NCBI GenBank assembly: GCA_023645945.1
Contig: JALAIB010000030.1
Location: 1-45,580, forward strand
Direction of reading: 5' to 3'
Length of the DNA: 45,580 nucleotides
DNA from: Diploschistes diacapsis
Lineage: Eukaryota
In this document: positions 1 through 11,427 of the stretch, piece by piece
How positions within the stretch are numbered: position 1 is the first letter of the stretch
How the letters are laid out: each line of letters begins with the position of its first letter
Translations under genes and position numbers: made by a program
The notes under the pieces: generated by a model
What the model saw: the letters and a program-made list of their open reading frames with translations, nothing else
The model's database searches: none
What the model was told of the DNA's origin: nothing

Positions 1-801
1 CTGCACCCTCCCCCCGGCAACGGCCCAGCCCCTCGCCCTGGCGAACTGCACGACGGCGCCCTCGCTCTCGAGGAAGAGCAGGTTCTTGGCCGAGGGCACG
101 GGGATGCTGGCGTAGGCCTTCTCGCTGCAGCTGGCGATCTCGGCGCGGATGGTGTGGATCAGGACGTCGGAGAAGATGGCGAACTCGGGGGCCGGGGGGG
201 AGGTGCGCGAGGTGGTGGCGGCCCAGACGCGGTCGTAGGCGCCCTCCATGAGCCACTGCTCGAGCGTGATGGGGAAGGAGAGGAAGGGGTTGCGATGCGG
301 CGAGGGCGAGGACGAAGAAGATGCGTTCTCCAGCCCCTCCAGCACCGTGTGGAACCCCGCGTAGTCCCCCTTCGTCAGCAGCACCATCAGGTACAGCCCC
401 GTGATTTTGCTGCGTTGGCCCGACCCGCCGCCGCCGCCGCTTGCTGTGCCGGAGCCGCTGCTGCTTGTGGACGAGGTCGCTTGCTTGCCCTTTCCGCTCG
501 CGCTCGCGGGGCCGCTGCCTTCGTACGCGGACGGTGCGAGCTCGTAGAACGGCTGGAGCTGCTGGTAGTATCGTGTGAAGGCGTCGGCGTCCTGGGCGCG
601 GATGGAGAGCAGCGCGCCGGCTTCGAGGGTGGAGCGCGCGAGGGAGAGGAGCTGCGGGGAGGCTTGGGAGGTGGGGATCAGGGCGTTGAGGGCGAGGAGA
701 TTGTGTTTTGCGGATTTGAGCAGGGAGGATGTTTTGGGGTCGGTGGGCGAGGCGGATTGGAGGGATGAAAGGGTTTGGCGGAGGGAGGACTCGGTCGACA
801 T
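1..801 (-). CDS. rpn12: 26S proteasome lid subunit Rpn12 (3' end beyond window edge)
   Basis: Manual translation from ATG at 801 is open to the window edge: MSTESSLRQTL...ARSTLEAGALLSIRAQDADAFTRYYQQLQPFY...SKITGLYLMVLLTKGDYAGFHTVLE...FPITLEQWLMEGAYDRVW...TIRAEIASCSEKAY...KNLLFLESEGAVVQFA, matching Rpn12/PSMD8 motifs. Missing from the ORF track because it has no stop in the window. Confidence 0.93.
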   Translation of the reverse strand, partial: MSTESSLRQTLSSLQSASPTDPKTSSLLKSAKHNLLALNALIPTSQASPQLLSLARSTLEAGALLSIRAQDADAFTRYYQQLQPFYELAPSAYEGSGPASASGKGKQATSSTSSSGSGTASGGGGGSGQRSKITGLYLMVLLTKGDYAGFHTVLEGLENASSSSSPSPHRNPFLSFPITLEQWLMEGAYDRVWAATTSRTSPPAPEFAIFSDVLIHTIRAEIASCSEKAYASIPVPSAKNLLFLESEGAVVQFARARGWAVAGGRVQ

Positions 802-806
802 GTCGG

Positions 807-829
807 GTTGTTGTTGTTGTTGTTGTTGT
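807..829. repeat. (GTT)7 microsatellite just upstream of the rpn12 start codon
   Basis: Read directly: gttgttgttgttgttgttgttgt. Confidence 0.9.
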
Positions 830-1099
830 GGAGAGTTGAGGAAACGGAGGGGTGGGTGGTCGAAGATGGATGCTGTCTGGGACCGCAGTAGAATGTACTA
901 AGCTTTGTTTGTAGAAGAACTGATGAACCTCAAGGATCCCGTTCCGGGTCAGCGGTAGGGCTGAAGATTGCCAAGCCTACAAATGGGAAGGAACTTTTCT
1001 AGCGGCACCACGGAGTCACATGTACTTTTCGGGGATAAGATTTTCTGTAGCAAAGCGAAAGAGTAGCTCGTAATCTCCATGTACTTTGTCTTTACGACG

Positions 1100-2115
1100 T
1101 CACCTGCTCTTCAACATATCGTTCGACGAATACATGCTTGCCTTGAAACCCCATTCGTTCCCGTTTTCGATCCCAACGTACGTCCACGCATCTACATCTG
1201 TTCAGCATGCAAAGCTTCGACGGCGTTACGGCAAAGGCATACTCACCGCATTTATAATATATGCCTCTTGCTCCTCTGCCATAATCCACAAGCCCCTTGT
1301 CCACAAGCCCGAGCAACACCCTCTTGACATCCTCTTGGTCCGAAAAATCCCGCGTGTAGACACAGATCAGCCTTCCAACCCTATCGCCCTTTCCCTCATC
1401 GGCCGCCACCTTTGCCATGCTGCCCAGCTCCCCTCTGGCCGTGCCTTCGGCAACAATAGTCCAGACGCGATCCACATCCTCCGGCAGCGGAAAGAACATC
1501 CACTTCCCGCTCGTGACCCCGTACTCTTTCGCAATCTTGAGGAGCGCTTCCTCTGCCTCCTTCCTGTCCTTCGCCAGCGCCTTGGTCGGAGAGGCTTTCG
1601 TAGCCCGTCTCTGTGGCTGCGATGTAGCTTCCTTTGCTCTCTCGAAATGCTCCAAGGTCTTAGCTGCCGCGGCCTTAAAGCCCGCGATATCGGCACTGGT
1701 TTCCCGTGGCGGAATGTAAGGGTTTGCGATCCAGATATAGTCCTTGATGTCCGTTGATTGGATTGTCGATGGAGGAAGGCGCGCAAGGAACTGAGGTACG
1801 GTCTCAGAAAGCTGGCGGCCTGAAGTTTTGCCTGAAAAATGGTCGAAGAGCTTTGCGGCTTTGTTCGCTCGGGGAGAAGCTGCTGAGGCTTTAGAGGCGG
1901 CTAGAGAGTTGATGTTGAACTGTGAAGTGCCAAAATACGAAACTGGGTCGAAGCTTTCGACAAGGCCCTCCCATTGGGCTTTCTGCGATTCATCGCCTGG
2001 TGAGAATTAATGCTATTCCTGAAGGCAGGGAAGGAGAGGTGCAGATAAATAGAAATGTACCGTAGAAACTGGACTCATCCGAGATCCAACCCTCGCCGTC
2101 AACGAGTTCTGCCAT
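1100..2115 (-). CDS. DUF1917 / UPF0696 (Bles03/C11orf68-like, eIF4E-like fold) protein
   Basis: ATG 2115 (MAELVDGEGWISDESSFYG), predicted introns 1997-2060 and 1192-1246. Motifs: FLARLPPS, WIANP, SGKWMFF..DVDRVW, AKVA, RLICVYTRDFSDQEDVKRVL, IYYKC|DAWTYVGI..GNEWGFKASMYSS. Stop TGA at 1100-1102. Confidence 0.88.
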
Positions 2116-2474
2116 TGGGACTGCGCATGCGATTTAATGGCATCGGATGAGAATGTCTATGGAAGACATCTGCCATGAATTCAAGATCTGACAGGTCCGC
2201 GTTTCGCGGGACCCGCTTGAGGGGGACTTGTCGCTTGAGACAAACACGTACTGATGATAAATTTGCCCATGAACCTTGCTAGTTGAAAGACTAAGAATTC
2301 TGTACTTGTTTCTGACATCTCCACGCAGATAAAGTAGATAACGGTACAGCCATCCATCCCTAGAGGCCATGGAATACACCTCGACTCCAAGACAAGCCGC
2401 ATGGAGGGAGCGATTCTTCGTTAAGATTTCATAAATTCAATGTTCAATAGAGTCTTATCAAGTTGATATTCAGC

Positions 2475-2510
2475 CACATGGTTTCCACGTGGTTGGTCAC
2501 GTGTCACGTC
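2475..2510. promoter_or_regulatory. Cluster of bHLH E-boxes in the divergent DUF1917/HAD promoter
   Basis: CACATG (2475), CACGTG (2486), GTCACGTG (2496-2503) and TCACGTC (2504) within 36 bp. Function is inferred. Confidence 0.4.
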
Positions 2511-2848
2511 GTACCGTACCGTGGTAGATGGGATCTGCACTGTAACCAATTGTCATAGTTATGCCCAGCCGCCCCCCGGGGGTCTCTGTTCAGAAAGGAA
2601 ACAACTCATCCGTAGAATTTGTGCACCGAATCACAAGGTAGGAGGGATCAATTCTGTACCCTTAACCCTCAAACATTGCCAATTTAATTGTCTGCGTTCA
2701 GAGAACATTGAATACGAGATGTCTGTGACGTGAAACATACCCAATACAAAGCAAGATAAGCCGCTCACACCATCGCAAAACCTAATCGAGATCTCTGGTC
2801 GCTTCCCTCCACCTCACCGTGTCTTTGCTTGAGCTGTTGACGTTCAAG

Positions 2849-3821
2849 ATGCTTGGTTCGCCTGTCAAGGCTATCCTCTTCGACCTGATGGGAACATGCC
2901 TAGATTGGCACTCTTCAATTCTGCCACTTCTGGAGACTTCACCCCCACACCCATTCCTGCCCACCGGAAGTCTCTCGCAGCTAGCGATGGATTGGCGTGC
3001 CGGATTCTTCGGTGAGACCCATCGCCGGTTCGAGCAACAGTTACCGCCGGAGGATATTGATGTAACCCACAGACGAGTGCCGGATAGACTGCTTGAGGAC
3101 AAAGGTATATCGGCTGAGAAGGAGGGTGGGAAGAAGAAACGAGAGAGCGCCTGGTGCAGGGTTGGCACGTACAGCGAGGTAGGTGGAGCTAATGCGCCTC
3201 TAGCCTGGTTTGCATAGGAGAGTATGCGGGTCTGACCTGTGCTCGAGTATGTATGGTGCGCTTGGAACTGACACCTCGTTTCGGTAGGATGGCCTGAGGT
3301 TAAAGAAGCCCTGGAGAGACTGCGGAAAGACTTCTTCCTGTCCGTGCTCACGGTGAACAAATCATTTCTTAGCCACTTGGGACTAATCGGTGTGCAGAGT
3401 TGTCTTGGCGAATGGCACTACCAGGCTGCAACTGGACCTGATCAAATCTTCAGACCTCCCATTCCATACGCTACTCTCATCCCAACTGCTAGGCTTGACG
3501 AAGCCTGACCCTGCCATTTATAAGCGAGTAACGGAGCTACTACAAGTAAACCCATCTGAATGCTTAATGGTTGCCGCACACGCTTATGACTTGAGAGCTG
3601 CCAAGAAGGTGTAAGTGCGGCTTGGCCGGCGGAAAATTAGAGGAAGAAGTCGCAGGCCGCTGACCGATTGCAGAGGCATGAAGACGGTATATATCCAGCG
3701 CAAAACAGAAGATCCAAACGAGGACATGGAAATTGTGTGCCAAGAGTTCGATATGTTCATCGATGGAACTGTTGTGGGAACAGACCACGGCTTTGCGAGA
3801 TTAGCGCATGCTCTTACCTAA
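2849..3821 (+). CDS. HAD-superfamily hydrolase, haloacid dehalogenase type II-like (apparent frameshift near 3124)
   Basis: Motif I KAILFDLMGTCLDW; GWPEVKEALERLRK; VVLANGTTRLQLDL; KPDPAIY; CLMVAAHAYDLRAAKKVGMKTVYI. Predicted introns 3179-3287, 3340-3397, 3611-3673. Exon 1 needs a frame change to read ...ERLVQGWHVQR|GWPEV. Confidence 0.85.
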
Positions 3822-3878
3822 TGGTTGCAGAGATTCAGACTTCACGCCCTTTGACCTGCTGGCGTGTTGTTTGACCAT

Positions 3879-4609
3879 TCAGCCCATCTCGACCTCGGCA
3901 ACAGCCTTCAACGCCCTCTCCAGATCGGCTTTGACTTTTGTAATGTTTCTCAGAGCTTCCAAGCCTTCTTTCCCCTTGATCCATGATTCGTGAATCTTGC
4001 CACCGTCGAAGGCAATGTCATCTAGCCCACTACTGACGTTCTTGTTAAGCACGAGCTTTCTTGCTTCCAAGGCAGCGTCACTTTGCTCCATTTCCTGCTT
4101 CAACTTCTGCACATAGCTCTCGGCTGCCTTGCTCGGAGCTTCTCGCCGGAGCTCCGCAACACGCGTCGTTTCTTCTTCTAATGTCCCGTACAAATCGCGC
4201 AATTTTTGGGCCAAGCGCGTGTCGTAAGGCTCATATGAAGGGTCATTGGGGTCGATAATGGAAGGGTCTGTCTCGGTCGCTGGTGCATCCGGCGAGAGGA
4301 TAGATGGCGAAGCGTCGAGGCCGTTTACAGATAAGGATGGCAAGGCCAGCGTGAGAGTTTGATGAACATACTAGGCAACGAACGTGCGTCAGTTACTTTA
4401 ACCCCTTTACTATTTGATATTCGAGTCGCAATCCCTACCTGGCGGACCAACTCCTCGACCTTCAATCGGAACGCGTCGTCCTTGCCTTGTGCCGCGGAGG
4501 GTGGCAGGTGGAGGTCTAACTTTTGTTGCGCAGCTTTGTTGATGTTGTCAGCAAGATAGATTAAGTCACCTGGTGACTGGAGATCAATCTTGCGCTGAAG
4601 ATCGTGCAT
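3879..4609 (-). CDS. nsl1: Kinetochore MIND/Mis12-complex subunit Nsl1/Mis14
   Basis: MHDLQRKIDLQSPGDLIYL...QKLDLHLPPSA...FRLKVEELVRQ|YVHQTL..ALPSLSVNGLD...YEPYDTRLAQKLRDLY..LEEETTRVAELRREAP...ERA. Predicted intron 4371-4438 (GT..CTGAC..TAG). Confidence 0.87.
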
Positions 4610-4747
4610 TTTTTTTGGTTGGGTGCGCAAGTTGCGGCAAGAGGGTACTAGGTAGGTAGGTATTGAATGAATTTCCCAAAGTAAACAAAGCAGAACGGAC
4701 AATTCAGAGATTAAGCGAAGCTGTAGGGCTGATGTGGGCTACGAAGA

Positions 4748-4850
4748 TACATCGTGGGTATACATTACGATGTATACATTACGATGTGTACATTATGGGT
4801 AGAATACAACCTTCGGGTAGCACGTAGTAGCACGTAGCAGCACGTAACAC
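4748..4850. repeat. Short tandem repeats upstream of nsl1 (~14-mer TACATTACGATGTA x4 degenerate; ~10-mer GTAGCACGTA x3)
   Basis: 14-mer units start at 4748, 4761, 4775 and 4789; then gtagcacgtagtagcacgtagcagcacgtaac at ~4818-4850. Confidence 0.75.
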
Positions 4851-5929
4851 ACCGGCAACGGAACGTGGGGAACCCGGGACAGGCACACAAATTCACAATA
4901 CAAAGGAACCGAACCAAAGAGGGGGAGGTCCAAATTGAAAAGACAAAGGGTTCATTATTCATTACCGCACGGACAGTAAGGCTTTCAGCTTGTGATAAAT
5001 TCCTAAGCCGAAGATTTTGATCGAGCTCAGCACCAGGTTTTCTTTTCTTTTACGAAAATTACAAGAAAAACAAATAGGGAAACCTGGAGATTAAAAGTGC
5101 CTTAAGCTTTGTGTGGTAAGTAAGCACCGTGCACGTGGTGGTGGGAGCGAAGGGGGACACACACACGGGGCATGCTTATCTGCAGCTTCTATCGGATCCT
5201 TTGCCCATGATGAACCGAAAATAGGATTTGGCCCCTCCGTACGTGCTTCAGCAACGTGGCGTGTCGTTCTTGGGGTCTCTTTGCGAAAATCATATTCTCT
5301 GCGGCACGGGAGCGTAGGAATGTCAGTATTCCAGAACTACGGAAGAGATATTCAGGAACAAGCGAGAAGAGCCCCGGGCAAGGCAGGACAGCGCAGGACA
5401 GCGCAGAGGAGTAGTAGGGTCATACCGAGGCAGCTAAATACCGACTACTTCTAGTGTGCTGATCCCTACTCACCCTGCAAACTGCTCGTGCCGTACAAGA
5501 GTAACAACTTGCAAAGATACAGACAGATATAGAGAGGGCGGGCGTGTTGCACAGGCAGCAAAGGATGTGAGCGATCCCGCGCACACCCACTTTTTTGCAA
5601 AAGTCCAAGTTCAGGTTCAATTTCAATCTCAAGTTCAATTTCAATTTCGCTGTCACCGATGCGGTGTACTGTGTACACACACTACAGTGCGAATAACCTT
5701 GGTGGCGCCTAATCTCACTGGCACCACCACCACCCACCCTGTCAATCCATCCATCCATTCATCTAATGCTGCCAGCTGCCAGTGCTTATTCTGCAGTTGC
5801 GGCTGATGTCTGCTTGCTATTTCCCTTCAATTCTTCCACAAGGCTACTTCGACATGAGAGCTGGCAATTTTTTCTATCCTCATCATCTTCGTCACTTGAG
5901 CATCTTGTTCACCCTGTCCTGCGAGCAAG

Positions 5930-8438
5930 ATGCCAGCCTCGTTCTTTGACGCTTTCAAAGAGCCAATCGCAGCATTCCATCGGCACCCCGCAATGTCGAG
6001 CTCCAGCCCGTTCCGACGCAAGGAGACGCAAGTGCTTGGTCTAGATGACTCGGGTTTTATTTCATCTGGAACTGGCATCATGAGTGCAGCAGCTAGAATA
6101 CCTGATGCAGACACTTGTAAGTGGAATAGACAACGCTCACGCCCACGCTCACGCCCGTGCTGATCCCGCACCAGCTTCTATTCAAGGAAACAGGAGGAAA
6201 GTCCGTGTAATATCGCCGCCCTTGTCGCGGGCACATGCAGAAGGCGACAGTGACGAAGAAGATGACTACCACGCTGCCTTGTCTCGGGCGGAGAATGCGA
6301 GCGAATACGCTCGGTCGCAGTATGGCTTCCAATCTCCCGTGGAGAGCGAGTATCCATTCTCGGACCCGTCCGACGATGAGGACGCGCACGAGGACGATTT
6401 CGAAGGAGACGATCTCGCGCCAAGGCGAAGAGGGCGAAAGTTGGTCCCATACAAGGCGAACCAGTCCCTTGACGTCGATAACGATAGTCCATGGAGAAAT
6501 TCCACAACCATGGGAAATTATCCTGGCACTGGCAAGCTCAGTGGAGAAAGAAATGTGAATGCAATCCCTTCAAAAGCACAGAGGATGTTGGGACTGTCTC
6601 GGACGGGCGGCGCATTGGATCCCGATGGCTTCCGTCGAGAGAACAATTTGTCGCCGCAAACCGATAATGTGGCGCCAAAAGCATTGAGGACCCTCGGCAT
6701 TCCCTCGAACCCATTCCAAAGGCCTTCGACAGCGGATAACCATTCTCTCTTCGATGATGATGGAGATCGCTTTAGTCTAGCGAGCGGCGCCGTGCATCGG
6801 CCAATGGACGCGGACGATTTCAAAAGGTTGCCGTTTTCCGGCCATCGTGCACCACCGTTTGATAACAATAGCAGTACCGATGTATCCTTGAACTCTCGGA
6901 GCTCAATGCTGTCTTCGCAGTCTTACCACGACACGCCACGTTCTTCTCATGAAATCCTCCCCAACGACATGAATACGAGAGCCTACGGCAGGCTCACAAA
7001 TCGCCCTCCTATAAGCATGCTTTCCATAAATTCAGGACCCTCGGAGTCGCTGGTCGACCCTGCAGCAGTACTCACAGAACCTTTCTCGCCGCTTTCCTTG
7101 CTGCATCCCGATTCTCCTTCCGACCTCAACAAACCTCTTCCTCATACCCCGAACAGACCTGATACGATCTTTGAACTTCCTGCGCATATACCTGCGTCCC
7201 ACTATCACGAATCCTCACATGGTGGCTTTGTTGCTGAGCTTCCAGCTTCGGAGCCGATTGCGGAGCTACCGCAGGACTCATTCGCCTTCGTTGAGCTTCC
7301 CAGCAACGAGACCGCTGGATCATCCAAAATTGCTGTGCATCCCCAGAGAGTGGGATCGACAGTACCAAAATCACGGCGGAGCGGGCTCGTTCGAATGGCT
7401 ACGGCAGATTATCCGAATATCCCTGAGCTTGCAAGCCCAGATTCAACCAAGCCCTCTCTTAGCCAAACGGGAAATACTCATCTTCATCACGCCAAGACCC
7501 TTCCGGCAGCGTCGTCTATACCCCACGGCACTCGCCTCCCTCCCGTCAGGAATTCTTCTCTACCAAAGCGGCTCGATCGGGCCATGGTCAGCAGTGTGCC
7601 CTCGGCACCTCCGTCTCAAGTGCTCAATCCTGACCATCTCCCTACCCCGATGGCCAATCTTCCACGTCCTTCTCAGCCACCTGCTTGGCCTTCATCAGCA
7701 AATGGGAATACTCAAACTTCATCCACGCACCACACCCACCATGCGGACAAGGTGACTCCGAGGATGTGTGAGAAAGAACTAATAAATACTGCAGCTGCGG
7801 CTGGACAACCCCACAAATCGACTACTGCTCGATCATATACCCCAACTGCTGCATCGTTCGCTCCAGAGACGCCCATCATGCCGGGTTCGCCTTCGACTCT
7901 GCATTCCACAGGGTTGGGAATGATTGCGAAGGCCGCTCCCACCGGCTCTCAACGAAAAGGCAGTACTACAAGTTTACGAAATCCTGCCACAACCGATCTC
8001 GTAGCTGAGGCACGAAGGAGGGGTAGTTCATGTAGCCTTGGAGCTGCCGTAGGCAAAAATGAAGATGTGACGGACCTCGGCTCGCTGCGAAAGGATGTGG
8101 AATCAATATGGAACAGGATTGCCAATCAAGACGAGCTGGCCAATCCCAACCGTAGTGCGGGTCAAGGCACTCCGCCGGACGCTGCGGAGACTGGCAAGCT
8201 GAGACAAGCACAGATCGAGCAAAGTAAGGAAAGAAGGAGGATGGAAATGAGTGAGCTACGGTGGGCTGTACAGAATGCTGCTGATGAAGCTATGGATACG
8301 ACTGATGAACAGGAGGATCGAAGTTTGAAGAGCACTCTGGCTGCTTACCAAGAATCCAGCAGCAGCGAAGAAATGACACCGAAAGCAAGCGATACCGAGG
8401 GTGCTTATCGAAATGGCAGGAACACTAAGGAAAAGTGA
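5930..8438 (+). CDS. Uncharacterised large S/P-rich, probably disordered protein (~816 aa)
   Basis: Exon 1 5930-6116 (MPASFFDAFKEP...DADT) joins the 784-aa ORF in frame through a canonical intron 6117-6174 (GTAAGT..GCTGAT..CAG). No globular domain recognised. Confidence 0.75.
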
Positions 8439-9443
8439 ATTTGGATGAATGACACACAGCCTTTCGGATACCTTGAACCCTATCTTTGGACACTTTCGGT
8501 ACATTTTTGACCCGACATTCTGCTTAAGCTACGACCCGTCAGTTCCACGATTCCATTTCACAACAACGGGAGGCATGAATTTGAAAGGGGACAGCGCCAT
8601 GGGTCTGTCTCACAATCGTCGGTATCTGGAAATTTGACCGCAACACATCCGTTAAATGTGGAAAGGCCTTAATCTTAGCGTGGAGTCAACAGCCGGGGCA
8701 GGCTTTGGAGATCTTTGCTATCTACATCTGTTTTTATGTCTATATCCGGCCTATCTATACCCCACCCGCTCAGGCAAGAGGATCGCTTCTGAAGACATAC
8801 TATTTAGTGATATATTTGACCCTGAAAGATATACTACTACCACCGAGGCGAGGGGTGTCTCGTTGACCGCAAAACGTTGAACCAAGCCAAGTGGATCCTC
8901 TTAGTGGTGCTGCATTTAAAGGCATTTAGTTTCACATGTGATGTCCATCCCATAACGCCTTGCATGATTGCTTAGGAGTCGTTATGGCGTGTCATTGAAG
9001 GCAAATTACGTTAATAGCAGTTCCCATCGCTTTCGTGATCCAAGCTCTGGGGGAGCTTCAACTTCGTCCTGATGAGGATATGCCCGACCAGCTTATAGCG
9101 AGGAGACTTTCTCTATGCGGTAAAGAGAACCCCTCTCTGCCGTCGGTTGACTGCTCTGTGTCACCAGTACCGTGCTTCCAGTGAAGATAACACCAATCCA
9201 GGTGCGTCCTGTAAGCTTCATGCATTCATTTCGCGCACATACATCCCACACGCTATGCAAAAACCCCCGCTACGAAAAGGGTCCATGCGCTTGGACGGAA
9301 AGAAACCGAGTTCACTCAGAAACGTAAAAAGTCCCCCCTCAACACCCCAATACCGACTTCGTTGCGCCATGTATGCCCCATCGCCTATGCCTATCGGCCC
9401 CAGTTCTGCGAGCGGAAATGGCAACTCTCTCTAGATCCTCCGC

Positions 9444-10231
9444 TTACCTGACGACCTTGTCAAACTGCTCGCCCCGCACGATCCTGCCCTTCATCGACTC
9501 TTGCACGTTGCGCTTGAAGTTGTCCCTACTGTTCCGTAAATCGTTCGCAGCGTCCTTGTTCAACGGATCGGAGGCGTTGGGCTCGAGGAAGAGGAACTGT
9601 TTGCACCATCAGCCCCTATCTGGATATCTCCACCACAATCGCGCGGGCCCCCCCCCCCCCGCTTCCCGCCAATCTGATCGTGATGTAGAATCAGCCTTAC
9701 CTGCAGGCCGACAATGACGGCGTTGAGGTTGAGCACGGGCTTCCAGTCCTCGCGCAGGATGTTCAGGCACACGTTGCCCTCGAGGTCGATGTTGGGGTGG
9801 TAGATCTTCTGCTGGCACTTGACCTTCGGGGGGTCGTGCGGGAAGTTCTGGTTTATCGCGAAGGTGAAGCTGAAGCTGCCGCCCTTGTACATGCCCTCGT
9901 CCGGGTGGATGTGCAGGAGGAAGTTGAGGATGTCGTCGGGGTTGGGGAACTCGGTGCGCATGGTGTCGCTGAGCGAGAGCTCGGAGAGGTCTGCTTGGCG
10001 GCGAGTGCTTTGCGTTAGCGCGCTTCGTTTTTCAAGCAGGAAGGAGGGAGCGCGAGGTTGTTGGTGGGCCGTGCCTTTCTGGACTCGGAGCTGCGCGGCG
10101 GTCACCTTTTTCTTCTTCTGTGCGCCTTCCGCGTTCGCGGCTTTCTGCTGCTCTTGCTTCTGAGCCATGTTAGCATCGAGCCCCCGCTGGCACAGCTGCC
10201 TGATACGTACCATGGACCATATTTTCAGCAT
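9444..10231 (-). CDS. ubc12: NEDD8-conjugating E2 enzyme Ubc12
   Basis: MLKIWSM N-terminus, [19 protein letters not shown], catalytic [25 protein letters not shown], last exon [17 protein letters not shown]...FDKVVR*. Predicted introns 10160-10210, 9991-10074 (GC-AG) and 9597-9700. Confidence 0.96.
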
Positions 10232-10599
10232 CTTGAAGGCTCACAGCCCCGTCTGGCTTTCCGATTGAGGGGAGAAGGGAAGGAGAAGCGGTGAAGAGCT
10301 TCGTGTAGGTCGCCTCAGGATTGAAGGATGGATAGAGTTCAAATGCACCTCGGAAAAGATACTAGTAGTGTGTAAATGCATCATAACGGGATGTGCGGGG
10401 ACAACGTCTTCCGCCCGCAGGCAAAGGGCCGGACCGATGTGTTTCCGTAAGTCAAGTCGGAAGTCTACGCAATTCGGCATCTTATACTCGGAAGCAGGGA
10501 GCTTTTACGAGAACTTTTAACCTTTTAACTTCCGCTCAAGATCTTTAACTGTCTAGATTGCTGAATACTTGCTTTCAACGAGTTCTCGTAAAAGTTCCC

Positions 10600-11427
10600 T
10601 GCTTCTGGTTTCCGAAGTCTTCGACTCCCCTCCTAGTTTCTTTTGAGCTTCCCCGATTCAACGTTTCTCTCTTTGAGAGCCTTGATCTCATGTTGCTCAA
10701 TCTCGGATATTATGCCAGACCAGCTCTTTCTCTCCACAAAGGCTCTTTTTCGTAGCTACACGAAGATCTCCTTTTTCTCAATAATATCATCTCGCGATGT
10801 TTGATATGTTGGGTCGCAGAGTTGGCCCCCTCCAAGGCATAATCGGTGCTCCTCTTATCCTTAACGGCCCGCGCCAGCCCATGGTTGAGGCGGTGTCTCA
10901 TGGAATCGATATTTCTAACAGTCGCTAATGTAGAATTGGACTTTCGAGATCGCGTCGGAAAAGCCTACAAGCAGTCTCTATCATCTTACCTCCTATCTCA
11001 AAGACCTGGAGGTAAAGCCCCCTGCTTTCTTTCTTGTGTTCGTTACATTCATATTGCAGGTTGAGAAGGTGGCCCTTGGCGGCTTCGATGTTAATATCTG
11101 CGCGATATCTGGTCTTCACATATTTGAAAGTCTGGCTTCCCCTACAATGTTCTGAAGCCGCACGCCCACCTCGTCGCGTTTCCGGCACCATCGTATTGCT
11201 CGATGGGGATCTATCTGCCATGGGTAGCTTCTTAACAATTCCATGGATCTTAACGAGCATGTTATATCCGGTCTTCACAATGGATCGGAGATGAACTTGA
11301 AGCTCATGGCGAAGAAGAACAACATCCGTCTAAGGGTGAGTTGGGATAGGGATATTGGGGTGAGCTGGGATAGGGATATTAGTGTAAATATGGTTACAAG
11401 ACTTACTGGGGCTGTCGTGGGGGCCAT
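10600..11427 (-). pseudogene. Possible decayed orphan gene with coiled-coil-like composition
   Basis: ATG 11427 followed by an intron-like segment 11365-11406 (GTAAGT..CTAAT..CAG), then abutting ORF fragments in different frames (10925-11278, 10710-10901) with K/E/L-rich stretches. No family recognised. Confidence 0.25.
11334..11381. repeat. 24-bp tandem duplication
   Basis: gggtgagttgggatagggatattg followed by gggtgagctgggatagggatatta. Confidence 0.9.

Noticed and set aside
154..901. + strand ORFs 154-768 and 575-901
   Set aside because: Antisense shadows of GC-rich rpn12; the poly-Cys comes from the (GTT)n repeat.
802..1099. Rpn4/PACE element upstream of rpn12
   Set aside because: No GGTGGCAAA-like match seen in the intergenic region.
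9069..9110. CTGATGAG resembling a hammerhead ribozyme core
   Set aside because: No GAAA element after a stem II and no flanking stems I/III.
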